DNA of 64,000 nt from Alphaproteobacteria bacterium (GTDB taxonomy: Bacteria > Pseudomonadota > Alphaproteobacteria > SP197): NCBI GenBank assembly GCA_965228895.1, contig OZ245842.1, positions 2,752,001 to 2,816,000 on the forward strand. The letters are read 5' to 3'. The translations under genes and the position numbers were made by a program. Below, one piece after another: positions 29,032 to 39,147 of this stretch (positions within the stretch are counted from its first letter, which is position 1; every line of letters begins with the position of its first letter). The notes below the pieces were generated by a model. The model was not told where the DNA came from. It did not search any database and saw nothing but the letters and a program-made list of their open reading frames with translations.

Positions 29032-29705
29032 TGGAAGACTTGCCGCTGACAATCACCGATTTCGCGGTCCTGGGCATCGTGTTCCTGTCCGGGTTCCTGG
29101 CCTATCTGCGTGGCGCGGTGCGTGAATTCTTCTTTCTGGCGACCTGGGGTGGCGCGATCGCCGCGACGGTCTTCGTCTATGACAAGACCCTGCCGTTCGC
29201 CCAACAGTGGATCGAAGACCCCCTGCTCGCCTCGATCGCCAACGGTGCGGCGCTCTTTGTCATCACGCTCACGATCATGACCATCGTCTCGGCGATGGTC
29301 GTCAAGCGGGCCGAGAACTCCTCGCTGACGGCGCTCGACCGCTCGCTTGGTTTTGTCTTCGGCGTGGTGCGCGGCGTCTTTGTCGTCTGTGTCATCTACC
29401 TGCTCTACACGCTGGCCGCGCCCATTGAAGAGCAGCCGTCATGGCTGAAAAACGCCAAGTTCACGCCGCTGATCGCCGAGGGTGCCGAAATGATGCTGGC
29501 CGTGGTGCCGGAAGACTGGGACCTGCAGGGCGAGCGCGTGATGAACCAATTGAAGGAATCCTCATCCGCCATCGAGCCGGTGGTCGACTACAACGACCTG
29601 GTCAATCCCCAGCCCGGTGAGACAACGGATGGCAATTCCGACGAACCAGGGTATAACGACGACGACCGATCGGCCCTGGACGACGTCATCGACACCGAAC
29701 AATAG
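29031..29705 (+). CDS. cvpA: CvpA family protein
   Basis: RGAVREFF, LDRSLGFVFGVVRG; upstream of purF. Confidence 0.9.
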   Translation: MEDLPLTITDFAVLGIVFLSGFLAYLRGAVREFFFLATWGGAIAATVFVYDKTLPFAQQWIEDPLLASIANGAALFVITLTIMTIVSAMVVKRAENSSLTALDRSLGFVFGVVRGVFVVCVIYLLYTLAAPIEEQPSWLKNAKFTPLIAEGAEMMLAVVPEDWDLQGERVMNQLKESSSAIEPVVDYNDLVNPQPGETTDGNSDEPGYNDDDRSALDDVIDTEQ

Positions 29706-29721
29706 GGCGACGACCGAACAC

Positions 29722-31188
29722 GTGACCCGCTTCACCATTGACCATCCCTTTGCCGGCGACAAACTCCGTGAGGAGTGTGGCGTGTTCGGCATCAAGGGCA
29801 ATGAATCCGCCAGCGCCCACACGGCGCTCGGCCTGCATGCCCTGCAGCATCGCGGTCAGGAAGCCGCCGGCATCGTCTCTTTCAACGGCGGCCAGTTTCA
29901 CGTTCAGCGCAGCCTGGGCCTGGTTGCCGACGGGTTTGGCGATCCCAAGGTGATCGATCAGCTCAAGGGTGATTCAGCGATCGGGCACAACCGGTACGCG
30001 ACCACCGGCGATACGATCCTGCGCAATGTGCAGCCGATCTTTGTCGAGACCTCAATGGGCGGTCTGGCGCTGGCCCATAACGGCAACCTGACCAACGCCC
30101 ATCTGCTGCGCCGCGAACTCGTACAAAGGGGCGCACTGTTCCAATCGACCTTGGACACCGAGGTCATCGTACACTTGGTTGCGCTCAGCAGATTCACCAC
30201 GTTGCCTGACCGACTGATCGACGCCTTGAAACAGGTGGTCGGCGCGTATTCGCTCGTCGCGCTCACCGATTCAGCGTTGATCGGCGTGCGCGATCCCATG
30301 GGCGTACGGCCATTGGTCCTGGGCGACCTGCAGGGCGCGCCGGTGCTGGCGTCGGAGACCTGCGCCCTGGATATTCTCGGCGCCGACTGGGTACGCGATA
30401 TCGAACCCGGCGAGATGGTGATCGCCACGGCCGACGGACTCCAATCGCTCAAACCCTTCGAACCGGAGCCCGAACGTTTCTGTATTTTCGAGTACATCTA
30501 CTTCGCCCGGCCCGACAGCATGGTCGAGGAGCGCAACGTCTATGACGCGCGCAAGCACATGGGGCGTGAGCTGGCGCGCGAGAGCGGCGTGCCCGCCGAT
30601 ATCGTCGTGCCGGTTCCGGATTCAGGCGTGCCCGCGGCCCTGGGTTACGCGGAAGAGGCAAGCCTGCCGTTCGACCTCGGCATCATCCGCAACCACTATG
30701 TCGGCCGCACCTTTATCGAGCCGACCGATCATATCCGCCATCTGGGCGTCAAGCTGAAGCACAACGCCAACCGGGGCCAGGTCGCCGGCAAGCGTGTCAT
30801 TCTGATCGATGACTCCATCGTGCGCGGCACGACGTCGACCAAGATCGTCACCATGATGCGGGAAGCCGGCGCGACCGAAGTCCACATGCGGATCGCCAGC
30901 CCGCCGACGACCCATTCGTGTTTCTATGGCGTCGATACGCCGTCGCGTAAAGAGCTGCTCGCCGCGCGCATGGATGTCGAGGAGATGCGATCGTTCATCG
31001 GTGTCGATTCGCTCGCCTTCCTCTCCGTCGACGGTCTTTACCGCGCGGCCGGACAGGCCGGCGGGCGGCTATCGAACCAGCCGCAGTACTGCGATGCCTG
31101 TCTGACCGGCGACTATCCGATCCCGCTCGTCGACCGCGACGGCGGACACGACGCCAACCAGCTTTCCCTGCTGCACGATTACGAGTGA
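29722..31188 (+). CDS. purF: Amidophosphoribosyltransferase
   Basis: EECGVFG, LQHRGQE, CIFEYIYFARPDS, DDSIVRGTTS, CDACLTGDYP; GTG start. Confidence 0.97.
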   Translation: MTRFTIDHPFAGDKLREECGVFGIKGNESASAHTALGLHALQHRGQEAAGIVSFNGGQFHVQRSLGLVADGFGDPKVIDQLKGDSAIGHNRYATTGDTILRNVQPIFVETSMGGLALAHNGNLTNAHLLRRELVQRGALFQSTLDTEVIVHLVALSRFTTLPDRLIDALKQVVGAYSLVALTDSALIGVRDPMGVRPLVLGDLQGAPVLASETCALDILGADWVRDIEPGEMVIATADGLQSLKPFEPEPERFCIFEYIYFARPDSMVEERNVYDARKHMGRELARESGVPADIVVPVPDSGVPAALGYAEEASLPFDLGIIRNHYVGRTFIEPTDHIRHLGVKLKHNANRGQVAGKRVILIDDSIVRGTTSTKIVTMMREAGATEVHMRIASPPTTHSCFYGVDTPSRKELLAARMDVEEMRSFIGVDSLAFLSVDGLYRAAGQAGGRLSNQPQYCDACLTGDYPIPLVDRDGGHDANQLSLLHDYE

Positions 31189-31189
31189 C

Positions 31190-31927
31190 GTGATGGCTGA
31201 ACCCGCCGAGGGCCGCCTGGAAGGCGCCGTGGCCCTGGTCACGGGCGCATCACGCGGCATCGGCCGCGCCGTCGCGCGCCGCTTCGCCGCGGAAGGCGCC
31301 CATGTGGTTGCCGTCGCCCGCACCACCGGCGGGCTTGAGGAACTGGACGACGAGGTCCGTGCCGCCGGCGGTCACAGCGCAACCCTGGTGCCGCTCGATC
31401 TCGCCGACTTTGAGGCTATCGACCGACTGGGCGGCGCGCTCTTCGAGCGACACCGCAGGCTCGACGTGCTGGTCGGCAACGCGGCCCAGCTCGGCACACT
31501 CAGCCCGACCGGACACATCGATCCACAGACATGGCAGCAGGTCATGGATATCAACGTCACCGCCAATTGGCGTTTGATCCGCAGCATGGATCCCTTGCTG
31601 CGCCAAGCGCCGGCCGGCCGCGCCATCTTCGTGACCGACGCCATCACCCAGACGACGTCGCCCTATTGGTCGGCTTATGCGACGAGCAAGGCCGCGCTGG
31701 AAACCCTGGCGCTGACCTACGCGTCTGAGGTCACAAAGACGAATGTACGGGTGAACCTGCTGGCGCCGTGCGCCGTTGGCACGGCACTGCGCGCCAAAGC
31801 GTTCCCTAGCGAAAAGCCGGAAACGCTTGCCGCACCCGAGGACGTGACCGATCTCTTCGTCGATCTGGCTGTGCCGTCGTGTAAACACCACGGTGAACGC
31901 CTGTCGATAGAACCAGCGGGTTCCTGA
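31190..31927 (+). CDS. SDR oxidoreductase (YciK-like)
   Basis: TGASRGIG, YATSK; conserved position after purF. Confidence 0.88.
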   Translation: MMAEPAEGRLEGAVALVTGASRGIGRAVARRFAAEGAHVVAVARTTGGLEELDDEVRAAGGHSATLVPLDLADFEAIDRLGGALFERHRRLDVLVGNAAQLGTLSPTGHIDPQTWQQVMDINVTANWRLIRSMDPLLRQAPAGRAIFVTDAITQTTSPYWSAYATSKAALETLALTYASEVTKTNVRVNLLAPCAVGTALRAKAFPSEKPETLAAPEDVTDLFVDLAVPSCKHHGERLSIEPAGS

Positions 31928-31935
31928 CGCGCAGG

Positions 31936-33273
31936 CTACGTCCGCTCGGCGTACGGGTTTTTGCCGGCCTTGAAGCGGACTCGCAGGGGGACGCCGGGCA
32001 GGTCAAAATCCTGGCGCAACCGGTTCGCCAGATAGCGCTTGTAGGCCGCTGGCAGGGCTGAGACCCGTGTGCCGAACACCGTAAAGGTCGGCGGTCGCCC
32101 TGCCGTCTGCGTGATGTAACGCAGCTTGACCCGGCCGCCGCCCGAGATGGGTGGCGGATGGCTCGCCACGACATCGTTCAGCCAGCGATTGAGCACGGGT
32201 GTCGCGAGCTTCGCGTTCCATCGGTCATAGGCGGCAACCACCGCCGGCATCAGCCGATCGACACCCTTGCCGCTCAGGGCCGACAGGGTAATCAGCGGCA
32301 CATCGCGCACCTGAGGCAAGAGCTCGTTCAGCCGCAATTGCAGTTCACGCCGGAATGCCGGCGGGTTGTCAACGAGATCCCATTTGTTGACCACGACGAC
32401 GGGAGCCCGTCCTTCGGTCTCCACGCGATCAACGATGGTCAAATCCTGGCGGTCGAAGGCCCGTTCGGGATCCAGCACCACCGCGACGACATGGGCGAAG
32501 CGCAGGGTGTTCAACGTGTCGGAGGCGGAGAGCTTCTCAAGCCGTTCCGTCACCCGTGCTTTGCGCCTGAGCCCCGCCGTATCGACAAGCTCCATCGCGC
32601 GGCCCTCATACTCCCATGCGGCTTCGATGGAATCGCGGGTCAGACCCGGCTCCGGGCCGGTGATCGTGCGTTCCTCGCCCAGCAGCCGGTTGACCAGGGT
32701 CGACTTGCCGACATTCGGGCGGCCGATGATAGCGAGCTTCAAGGGGCCATCGTCACCGTCCGCCTCCGCAGCATCGTCGGGCGGCGCGTGAGATTCGATC
32801 GCCTGATAAAGTTCAGCGAGGCCCAGGCCGTGTTCCGCTGACAACGCGACCGGCTCGCCCATGCCGAGCTCAAAGGCGTCGAGAACGCCGGGTGCGCCTG
32901 CATCGCCTTCGGCCTTGTTGGCAATCAGCACGACGGGTCGGCCGGTGCGTCTGATGGCGTCGGCAAAGTATCGGTCTTCGGGCACGAGGCCGGCACGCGC
33001 ATCAATGACGAAAAGCAGAAGGTCCGCCTCAACCAGTGCCTGATCGGTCTGGGCGCGCATCCGTCCGGCCATGGTTTGGGGATCACCCTCTTCCAAACCA
33101 GCGGTATCGATGACGCGAAACGTCAGCGGGCCAATATGGCCCTCGCCCTCGCGCCGGTCGCGGGTTACGCCCGGCGTCGGGTCAACCAGCGCGATCCGTT
33201 TGCCGACGAGCCGATTAAAGAGGGTCGATTTGCCGACATTCGGGCGGCCGACAATGGCAACGGTGAATGTCAT
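31936..33273 (-). CDS. der: Ribosome biogenesis GTPase Der
   Basis: Two GRPNVGKS G-domains, DTAG, NKWD. Confidence 0.97.
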   Translation of the reverse strand: MTFTVAIVGRPNVGKSTLFNRLVGKRIALVDPTPGVTRDRREGEGHIGPLTFRVIDTAGLEEGDPQTMAGRMRAQTDQALVEADLLLFVIDARAGLVPEDRYFADAIRRTGRPVVLIANKAEGDAGAPGVLDAFELGMGEPVALSAEHGLGLAELYQAIESHAPPDDAAEADGDDGPLKLAIIGRPNVGKSTLVNRLLGEERTITGPEPGLTRDSIEAAWEYEGRAMELVDTAGLRRKARVTERLEKLSASDTLNTLRFAHVVAVVLDPERAFDRQDLTIVDRVETEGRAPVVVVNKWDLVDNPPAFRRELQLRLNELLPQVRDVPLITLSALSGKGVDRLMPAVVAAYDRWNAKLATPVLNRWLNDVVASHPPPISGGGRVKLRYITQTAGRPPTFTVFGTRVSALPAAYKRYLANRLRQDFDLPGVPLRVRFKAGKNPYAERT

Positions 33274-33276
33274 CGA

Positions 33277-34608
33277 TCATCTGAGAGCGATGATTGAGCC
33301 GGAGTCCTCGATCAAGAAGACCGTCTCCTGGGCGGCAATAGGCGCCAGCGGCAACCCGTCGGCCATATCGACGGCGCCCAGAATCTCGCCCGTGTAAGGC
33401 GAGATGGAAACGATCTGGCCTGACGTGCCGGTCACCAGCAAGCGGTCGCTGGCAAGCAGCGGTCCGCTCCACATGATGGGATCATCGCGATCTTCCGGGT
33501 CTTCGTACTGCGGCAGTGGCGTAACCCAGCGAATCCGGCCGTCTTCGCGCAGAAGGCAGACAACAACGCCGTCCGTCGTGACGAGGTAGATATAGTCGCC
33601 AGCTATCCATGGTGTCTGGACGCCGCTCATCTGGCGTTCCCACAGCCGGGCGCCGGCGGCAAGGTCAATCGCAACAAGCCGCCCGCCATGGCTGACGGCA
33701 AAGACCTGGCCGTTGTCGATAACGGTGCTGGCATTGATGTCGTTGAGCGCCGCAAGGCTACCCACGCGCGAGCCATAGGACAGGATATCCGACCAGATAA
33801 CCCGGCCGTTCTCTGCCTGCAGCGCATAGATCTCGCCCGACGAATAGGCCACCACCACGGCCGAACCTGAAATGGCGGGGCTTGCACCGCCCAGCAGCCC
33901 GGCGGTTTCCTCGATCCCCCTGTGGGTCCACAACGTCTCGCCGGTATTGGCATCCAAGACGATGAGTTCGTTGTCGGATGTCAGGACATAGGCACGGCCC
34001 TGGCTGACCGTGGGCGCGGCCCGCACGGGCGGCCCGAGCCGTCGGCGCCAATACTCCTCGCCGGTCTGGGCATCAAGCAGCACCAGTTCGCCAAAGCCGG
34101 TGGTCGCGTAGATACGGCCGCGATAGAACGCCAACCCGCCGCCCCAGCCGCCGTCGTCCTCGATTTCCGGCGTCAGATCGACATCCCACAACCGCTCGCC
34201 CGTCGTCACATCGAAGGCCCTGACTTCGGCATCCGCGTCCATCGTATAGACAACACCAAGGGCCGATACGGGCGACGCGATAAGCCTACGAAACCGTCCC
34301 TCGCCCTCGCCAATGCCGGCTGACCAGGCTTCGTTCAGATCGCCGGGTACCGCAATATGGAGCATCGCCTTATCGACCAGACCACCGTTCTGTGGCCAGT
34401 TCGGCGTCGGTATTGGCGGCGGCAGGACGATCGGCGTTTCAACGACACTGGGATCGGCGGCCAAGTCCTGTTCAAGTTGCAGAATGGCAATACGCTCGCC
34501 GGGCAAAGGCGGCGGCGGCGGCTGACCCAGATAGTCCAGGTCCAACGTTTCGCAAGCCGCAAGCAACAGACCGGCAACAGCCAACAGGCCGACAACGCGA
34601 AACGTCAT
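33277..34608 (-). CDS. bamB: BamB-like PQQ beta-propeller lipoprotein
   Basis: Lipobox LAAC, repeated TGE..W propeller motifs; yfgM-bamB-der synteny. Confidence 0.8.
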   Translation of the reverse strand: MTFRVVGLLAVAGLLLAACETLDLDYLGQPPPPPLPGERIAILQLEQDLAADPSVVETPIVLPPPIPTPNWPQNGGLVDKAMLHIAVPGDLNEAWSAGIGEGEGRFRRLIASPVSALGVVYTMDADAEVRAFDVTTGERLWDVDLTPEIEDDGGWGGGLAFYRGRIYATTGFGELVLLDAQTGEEYWRRRLGPPVRAAPTVSQGRAYVLTSDNELIVLDANTGETLWTHRGIEETAGLLGGASPAISGSAVVVAYSSGEIYALQAENGRVIWSDILSYGSRVGSLAALNDINASTVIDNGQVFAVSHGGRLVAIDLAAGARLWERQMSGVQTPWIAGDYIYLVTTDGVVVCLLREDGRIRWVTPLPQYEDPEDRDDPIMWSGPLLASDRLLVTGTSGQIVSISPYTGEILGAVDMADGLPLAPIAAQETVFLIEDSGSIIALR

Positions 34609-35267
34609 TCGCCGCCACCCGCCATGACGTTGAGTTCGGTTGCGCGGTTGCGCAGTGTCGTCGGTGTTTCGGGATCGGCGATCAGCGCGTCGAAGATGCT
34701 GCGCGCCTCTTCCGTCTTGCCGTCGCGCAGGGCAAGCAGGCCCTGGAGTTCACGGGCGGAATAGCGCCATGGCGCACCATCGGCGGCGAGCGGCTCCAGC
34801 CGTTCGGCGAGGCTGCGGGTATCGCCGGAGTCGAGCAACAACATGGCGGCATAGAGCCGTGCGAGCTGCCCAATCGCGGAATCAGCGCCGGCTTCGGCGG
34901 CAATGCGGTCGTAGAGCTCAAGAGCGCTTTCCCGGTCGCCGGCGGTGGCCAGTGATGCGGCCTGACGCAGGCCGCCCAAGGCTGGATATCCGGCGCTGCC
35001 GTTTTCCACCAACTGGGCAAAACCTTCGGCCGCCGCAACGTGGTCACCAAACGCCGCCGCCCGGTCGGCCTGCCAGTAAATATAGCCATCTTGGGCCAGG
35101 CTGCCCTCGCGATACTCGCGCCAACCCACAAATGCCAAGATAACCACAAGCACAAGCACCAGCCCGCCAACCGCATAGCGGCCATAGGCCTTCCATAACT
35201 TACGCCATTGCTCGCGCTTGAGATCCTCATCGATCTCGCGCATTAGTTGGTCGCTGGGGTCACTCAC
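34605..35267 (-). CDS. YfgM-like TPR membrane protein (DUF2659/TPR_21)
   Basis: REIDEDLKRE..LWKAYG followed by a TM helix; GTG start with SD. Confidence 0.85.
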   Translation of the reverse strand: MSDPSDQLMREIDEDLKREQWRKLWKAYGRYAVGGLVLVLVVILAFVGWREYREGSLAQDGYIYWQADRAAAFGDHVAAAEGFAQLVENGSAGYPALGGLRQAASLATAGDRESALELYDRIAAEAGADSAIGQLARLYAAMLLLDSGDTRSLAERLEPLAADGAPWRYSARELQGLLALRDGKTEEARSIFDALIADPETPTTLRNRATELNVMAGGGE

Positions 35268-35441
35268 AAAACTGATACCTTTCCGTTGCGCGGCTAACTT
35301 AGCCACCGGGCGATTAGCATGCAACGCGCCTGAATGATGCCAAAAAATGGCGCGGGCATGGCATTTGGGGCCAAACTGCTACACGATTGAAACGACGAAA
35401 CGGATTGCCATCTGAAGGCGAGATACCACATCGAACCTGCT

Positions 35442-35786
35442 ATGCCCGAGCCCCGCACCTATCGCGAGTTTTGGCCGTTCTACGTCGGCGAACACAGCCG
35501 TGAAGCCACACGGCGCCTTCACTTTGTCGGCACCGCCCTTGTTATCGCCATGCCCGTGATCGCTCTGGTGACCTGGAATGGGTGGTGGCTGCTGGCCATG
35601 CCGTTCCTAGGCTATGGCTTCGCGTGGGTCAGCCACTTCTTTATCCAACGCAACAAACCCGCGACTTTCCGTTTTCCGGTGTGGAGCCTGATCGGCGACT
35701 TCCACATGTTCGCCTTGATGTGTCTGGGCCGGATGAACAACGAAGTCGCGCGCTGCGCCCGCCAAGACCGATCCGTCGATGCATGA
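35442..35786 (+). CDS. DUF962 / Mpo1-like protein
   Basis: FWPFYVGEH..TRRLHFVGT, YGFAWVSHFF..NKPATF..WSLIGDF. Confidence 0.85.
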   Translation: MPEPRTYREFWPFYVGEHSREATRRLHFVGTALVIAMPVIALVTWNGWWLLAMPFLGYGFAWVSHFFIQRNKPATFRFPVWSLIGDFHMFALMCLGRMNNEVARCARQDRSVDA

Positions 35787-35853
35787 GAGTTGATCGCACG
35801 CACTGACGCGCCCTATCCTTACGCCGTGATGGCGCGCGGGGGGAGAGTCGGTC

Positions 35854-36498
35854 ATGCTGACGATTGCGGAGGAGATCCTTCTCCTGGTGCTGGATGACGA
35901 GACCGGTACCTTCATAAACGAACCCGATGTTCATGTCGGTTACGCGGTCGCCGGCGCTGTCCTGATGGATCTGGCCCTGGCCAACCGCATCGACGCCGAC
36001 AACGAGAAACTCTTCGTCGCCGACAAGGCACCGACCGGCGACCCCGTGCAGGACTCGGTTCTCGAGCGCCTGGAAGCATCCGGCGAACTGCATGATGCGG
36101 GCTATTGGGTCGGTGAAATCGGTCGCGATTCCCGCGAGTTGCGCGAACGCGTTCTACACCGTCTGGTCGAGGGCGGTATCCTGAAGGAGGTCGACAAGAA
36201 GATCCTGTGGGTCTTCGAGACACGCCGCTATCCCATGGTCGACGGCAAGGAAGAACGCGAGGTCAAACGGCGCATTCTGGATGTCCTGCTTAGCGATTCG
36301 ACACCTGAGCCGCGCGATATCGTGATCATCTGCCTGGCCGATGCCTGCAATCTATTCGACCAGATATTGAGCGAGCGCGAGGTCGAGCATGTCGAACCGC
36401 GCATCGACGAGATCGTCAAGATGGACGTGATCGGGCAAGCGGTCGCCAATACCATCCGGGAAATTCGCGCATCCATCGCCCCGATGATGATGATGTAG
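35854..36498 (+). CDS. GPP34 (GOLPH3/Vps74) family protein
   Basis: MLTIAEEILLLVLDDETG, AGAVLMDLALANRI, LWVFETRRYP. Confidence 0.85.
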   Translation: MLTIAEEILLLVLDDETGTFINEPDVHVGYAVAGAVLMDLALANRIDADNEKLFVADKAPTGDPVQDSVLERLEASGELHDAGYWVGEIGRDSRELRERVLHRLVEGGILKEVDKKILWVFETRRYPMVDGKEEREVKRRILDVLLSDSTPEPRDIVIICLADACNLFDQILSEREVEHVEPRIDEIVKMDVIGQAVANTIREIRASIAPMMMM

Positions 36499-36510
36499 GC
36501 GGTCGCCACG

Positions 36511-37413
36511 CTGAGATCGTTCCACGAGCGACTATCCGCCCTTCCCGGCGGGAAGACCGCCGGCGGCGTCGCCTTCATGCTGCTCTCAATGATGCTGTTG
36601 GCGTCCATGGACGCGACCGCGAAGTATCTGGTGCGCGACTACGCGATCGTCCAGATCCTTTGGGTGCGCTTCCTGATCTTCCTGCTGGTCGCTCTCGCCC
36701 TTGCCGGGCGCGGCGGCATTCGGCGCGCAATCGCCTCACGACACTGGAAGCTCCAGATCGTCCGCTCGCTGGTTCTATTGGCGGAAGCGGCGGTGTTCAT
36801 CCTGGGATTCAGCCTGCTGCCACTGGCCGACGTGCACGCTGTAGCGGCGGTTGCCCCGCTCATCGCAACGGCACTCGCAGTGCCGCTGTTGGGTGAAAAG
36901 GTCGGGCCGCATCGCTGGACAGCGGTCGCTATCGGCCTGATCGGTGTCCTCATCATCATCCGGCCAGGCGCCGAAACGCTCGCCTGGTCCGCCGCTGTCC
37001 CCCTGGCGGCCGCCTTTCTATGGGCGCTCTATCAGGTTCTCGTCCGCAAAGTAGGCCTGGATGATTCGGTCACCACGACAGCACTCTATACCGCCGCGGT
37101 CGGCCTGATCGTCCTGAGTGTCCTTGCGCCCTTCGTCTGGCGCGCGCCCGACCTCGAAGGCTGGCTGCTCATGCTGCTGATTGGCATCCTGGGCAGCGCC
37201 GCGCATATCATCCTGTTCAAGGCGTTTGCCTTGGCGCCGGCCTCGTTCCTGCAGCCCTTCGGTTACTTCTTGATGGTCTGGGCGGCAGTCCTGGGCTTTG
37301 TCGTGTTCCAGCACATCCCGGACCTATGGACCATCACCGGCGCTGTTATCGTGGTTGCCGGTGGCCTTTACGCACTGCACCGCGAGCGATTGCGCAAGGG
37401 CAGGCCCGTCTAA
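36511..37413 (+). CDS. DMT/EamA family transporter
   Basis: 10-TM pattern, LLGEKVG..RW, APASFLQPF. First ATG is at 36577, but the frame is open from 36499 (CTG 36511 proposed). Confidence 0.88.
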   Translation: MRSFHERLSALPGGKTAGGVAFMLLSMMLLASMDATAKYLVRDYAIVQILWVRFLIFLLVALALAGRGGIRRAIASRHWKLQIVRSLVLLAEAAVFILGFSLLPLADVHAVAAVAPLIATALAVPLLGEKVGPHRWTAVAIGLIGVLIIIRPGAETLAWSAAVPLAAAFLWALYQVLVRKVGLDDSVTTTALYTAAVGLIVLSVLAPFVWRAPDLEGWLLMLLIGILGSAAHIILFKAFALAPASFLQPFGYFLMVWAAVLGFVVFQHIPDLWTITGAVIVVAGGLYALHRERLRKGRPV

Positions 37414-38288
37414 GGCCGACGGCGAAGCCCGGTCATCGCGTTGAAGAAGACCGCGCCCATGACGACCGCCCCGCCCACAAAAGCCAGCAGTGTTGGCGCC
37501 TCGTCCAGGATGAGCCAGACCCAAAGGGGACCGAAGATGACCTCGACCAAAGCCAAGACCATGAGCTCGGCGGCCGGCACGTACTTGGCACCGGCGGCAT
37601 AAAGCACCAGCGACGCGGAAACCTGGAAAGCGCCCATATAAAGACACAGCAGGAGGTCGTGGTCGCTGATCGCGAAATCGGTGAGCTGCGTGGCCGAGAT
37701 CATGCAGATGATGACCGAGGCCAGCATGACGCCCGGCACCATGTCGCTCTGACGCCCGGCCCGCAGGGAAACGCCGAAGGCGGCGAACGACATGGCGGCG
37801 GCCAACGCCATGAGGTTACCGAGCACGCGGCCATCGCCGACGCCCTCCCACATCATCACGGCAACACCGATCAGCGCGGCCGACATCGCCAGCCACGTCG
37901 CGCGGCGCACCGGCTCCTTCAAAACAAACCAGCCGATCAGCGCGGCGAAAAACGGCTGGGAACTGATGATGAAAAAAACGCTGGCCGCGCGCGTGTGGTA
38001 GAACGCGCCGATATAGAAGAGGTTGCTGACCGCCAGACACACACCGGTCGCCAACATGGCCAGAAGGCCGCTCGAGAACGCCCGGGCGACGCGGCCACGG
38101 TGCTTGATGAGCATGATGCTGCCCAGCACAATCATGGCCGCGATCGAACGGTAGAACTGGACGTGCCAGACACCGGCGACATCCATCATGCCGATCAGAA
38201 CACCTGACTGACTGATAAAGAAGCCGCCCAGCAGGACCAGGCCGACACCCCGAAGATAATGCGGACTTCGCTCGATAACCGCCCCCAC
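37410..38288 (-). CDS. DMT/EamA family transporter
   Basis: LKEPVR, EVIFGPLWVWL..EAP; convergent 4-nt overlap with the previous gene. Confidence 0.88.
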   Translation of the reverse strand: MGAVIERSPHYLRGVGLVLLGGFFISQSGVLIGMMDVAGVWHVQFYRSIAAMIVLGSIMLIKHRGRVARAFSSGLLAMLATGVCLAVSNLFYIGAFYHTRAASVFFIISSQPFFAALIGWFVLKEPVRRATWLAMSAALIGVAVMMWEGVGDGRVLGNLMALAAAMSFAAFGVSLRAGRQSDMVPGVMLASVIICMISATQLTDFAISDHDLLLCLYMGAFQVSASLVLYAAGAKYVPAAELMVLALVEVIFGPLWVWLILDEAPTLLAFVGGAVVMGAVFFNAMTGLRRRP

Positions 38289-38322
38289 GCGCTCAGGTGG
38301 CGAGACTAGAGCTTTACGGGTT

Positions 38323-38412
38323 CGTCGGCATCACCGGCCCGCTCCCCCTCCCGGCCACCCCGAGGATGCTGCCATGGGTGGCCGGGAGGGGAGCGGGCCG
38401 GCGCCGATGACG
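38323..38412. repeat. Long GC-rich inverted repeat (REP-like or terminator hairpin)
   Basis: CCGGCCCGCTCCCCCTCCCGGCCACCC (38334-38360) pairs with GGGTGGCCGGGAGGGGAGCGGGCCGG (38376-38401) with a single bulge. Confidence 0.8.
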
Positions 38413-38428
38413 CGCAAGCTGGGCGAGA

Positions 38429-39067
38429 CTAACTGAGCCCATCGAGGCCGGCGATCTTGTTGTGGTCATAGACGGCTTTGACCGACGGCCGCGATACCGT
38501 CGCTTCCAGGTTACGCCAGACATTGGGGTACTTCCTGAGCGACGTGTGCTGCGGCCCGTTCCAGGTCGCCAGCATGGCCATGTAGAAGTCGGCGATCGTC
38601 AGAGTCGAACCCAGGAAATGAGGCCCTTCGCCGATCATCGTGTCGACGCGACCCCAGAGGTCGGTCAGCCATTCGCTGGCCTTGGCATCGACCGATGCCT
38701 CACAGGCCGGCGCTGTCACATGACGTTCGGGATAGAAGTGCATGTGGTAGGTCGGCTGCAGCATTTCCGCCATGAAGAAAACCGACTGATAGAGATGGCC
38801 GCGTTCGACAGTGCCCGGCACAGGCGCCAGGCCGGCATCAGGGAAGCGGTCGGCCAGATGGAACAGGATGGCCGCGGACTGGTAGAACACCTCGCCATTC
38901 TCGTCGATCAATGTCGGCACCTTGCGGTTCGGGTTCAGCGCCAGGTAGTCCTCCGGCCACGGTTGGTCGAAATCGATAAAGGCGAGTTCATAGTCTGCGC
39001 CGATTTCTTCCAACGCCATGTGCGGTGCCATGGCTGCGGATACCCACGTATAGAAAAGCCGAAACAT
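38429..39067 (-). CDS. Glutathione S-transferase family protein
   Basis: PHMALEEIG, LNPNRKVPTL, QSAAILFHLAD, TIADFY. Confidence 0.9.
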   Translation of the reverse strand: MFRLFYTWVSAAMAPHMALEEIGADYELAFIDFDQPWPEDYLALNPNRKVPTLIDENGEVFYQSAAILFHLADRFPDAGLAPVPGTVERGHLYQSVFFMAEMLQPTYHMHFYPERHVTAPACEASVDAKASEWLTDLWGRVDTMIGEGPHFLGSTLTIADFYMAMLATWNGPQHTSLRKYPNVWRNLEATVSRPSVKAVYDHNKIAGLDGLS

Positions 39068-39147
39068 GATGCCGTTCCTTTCGCCCTGAGCCACACAGAA
39101 GGAACCACGGCACACCTGTGCTGGCAAGATGGCGTGGCGAAACGCCC

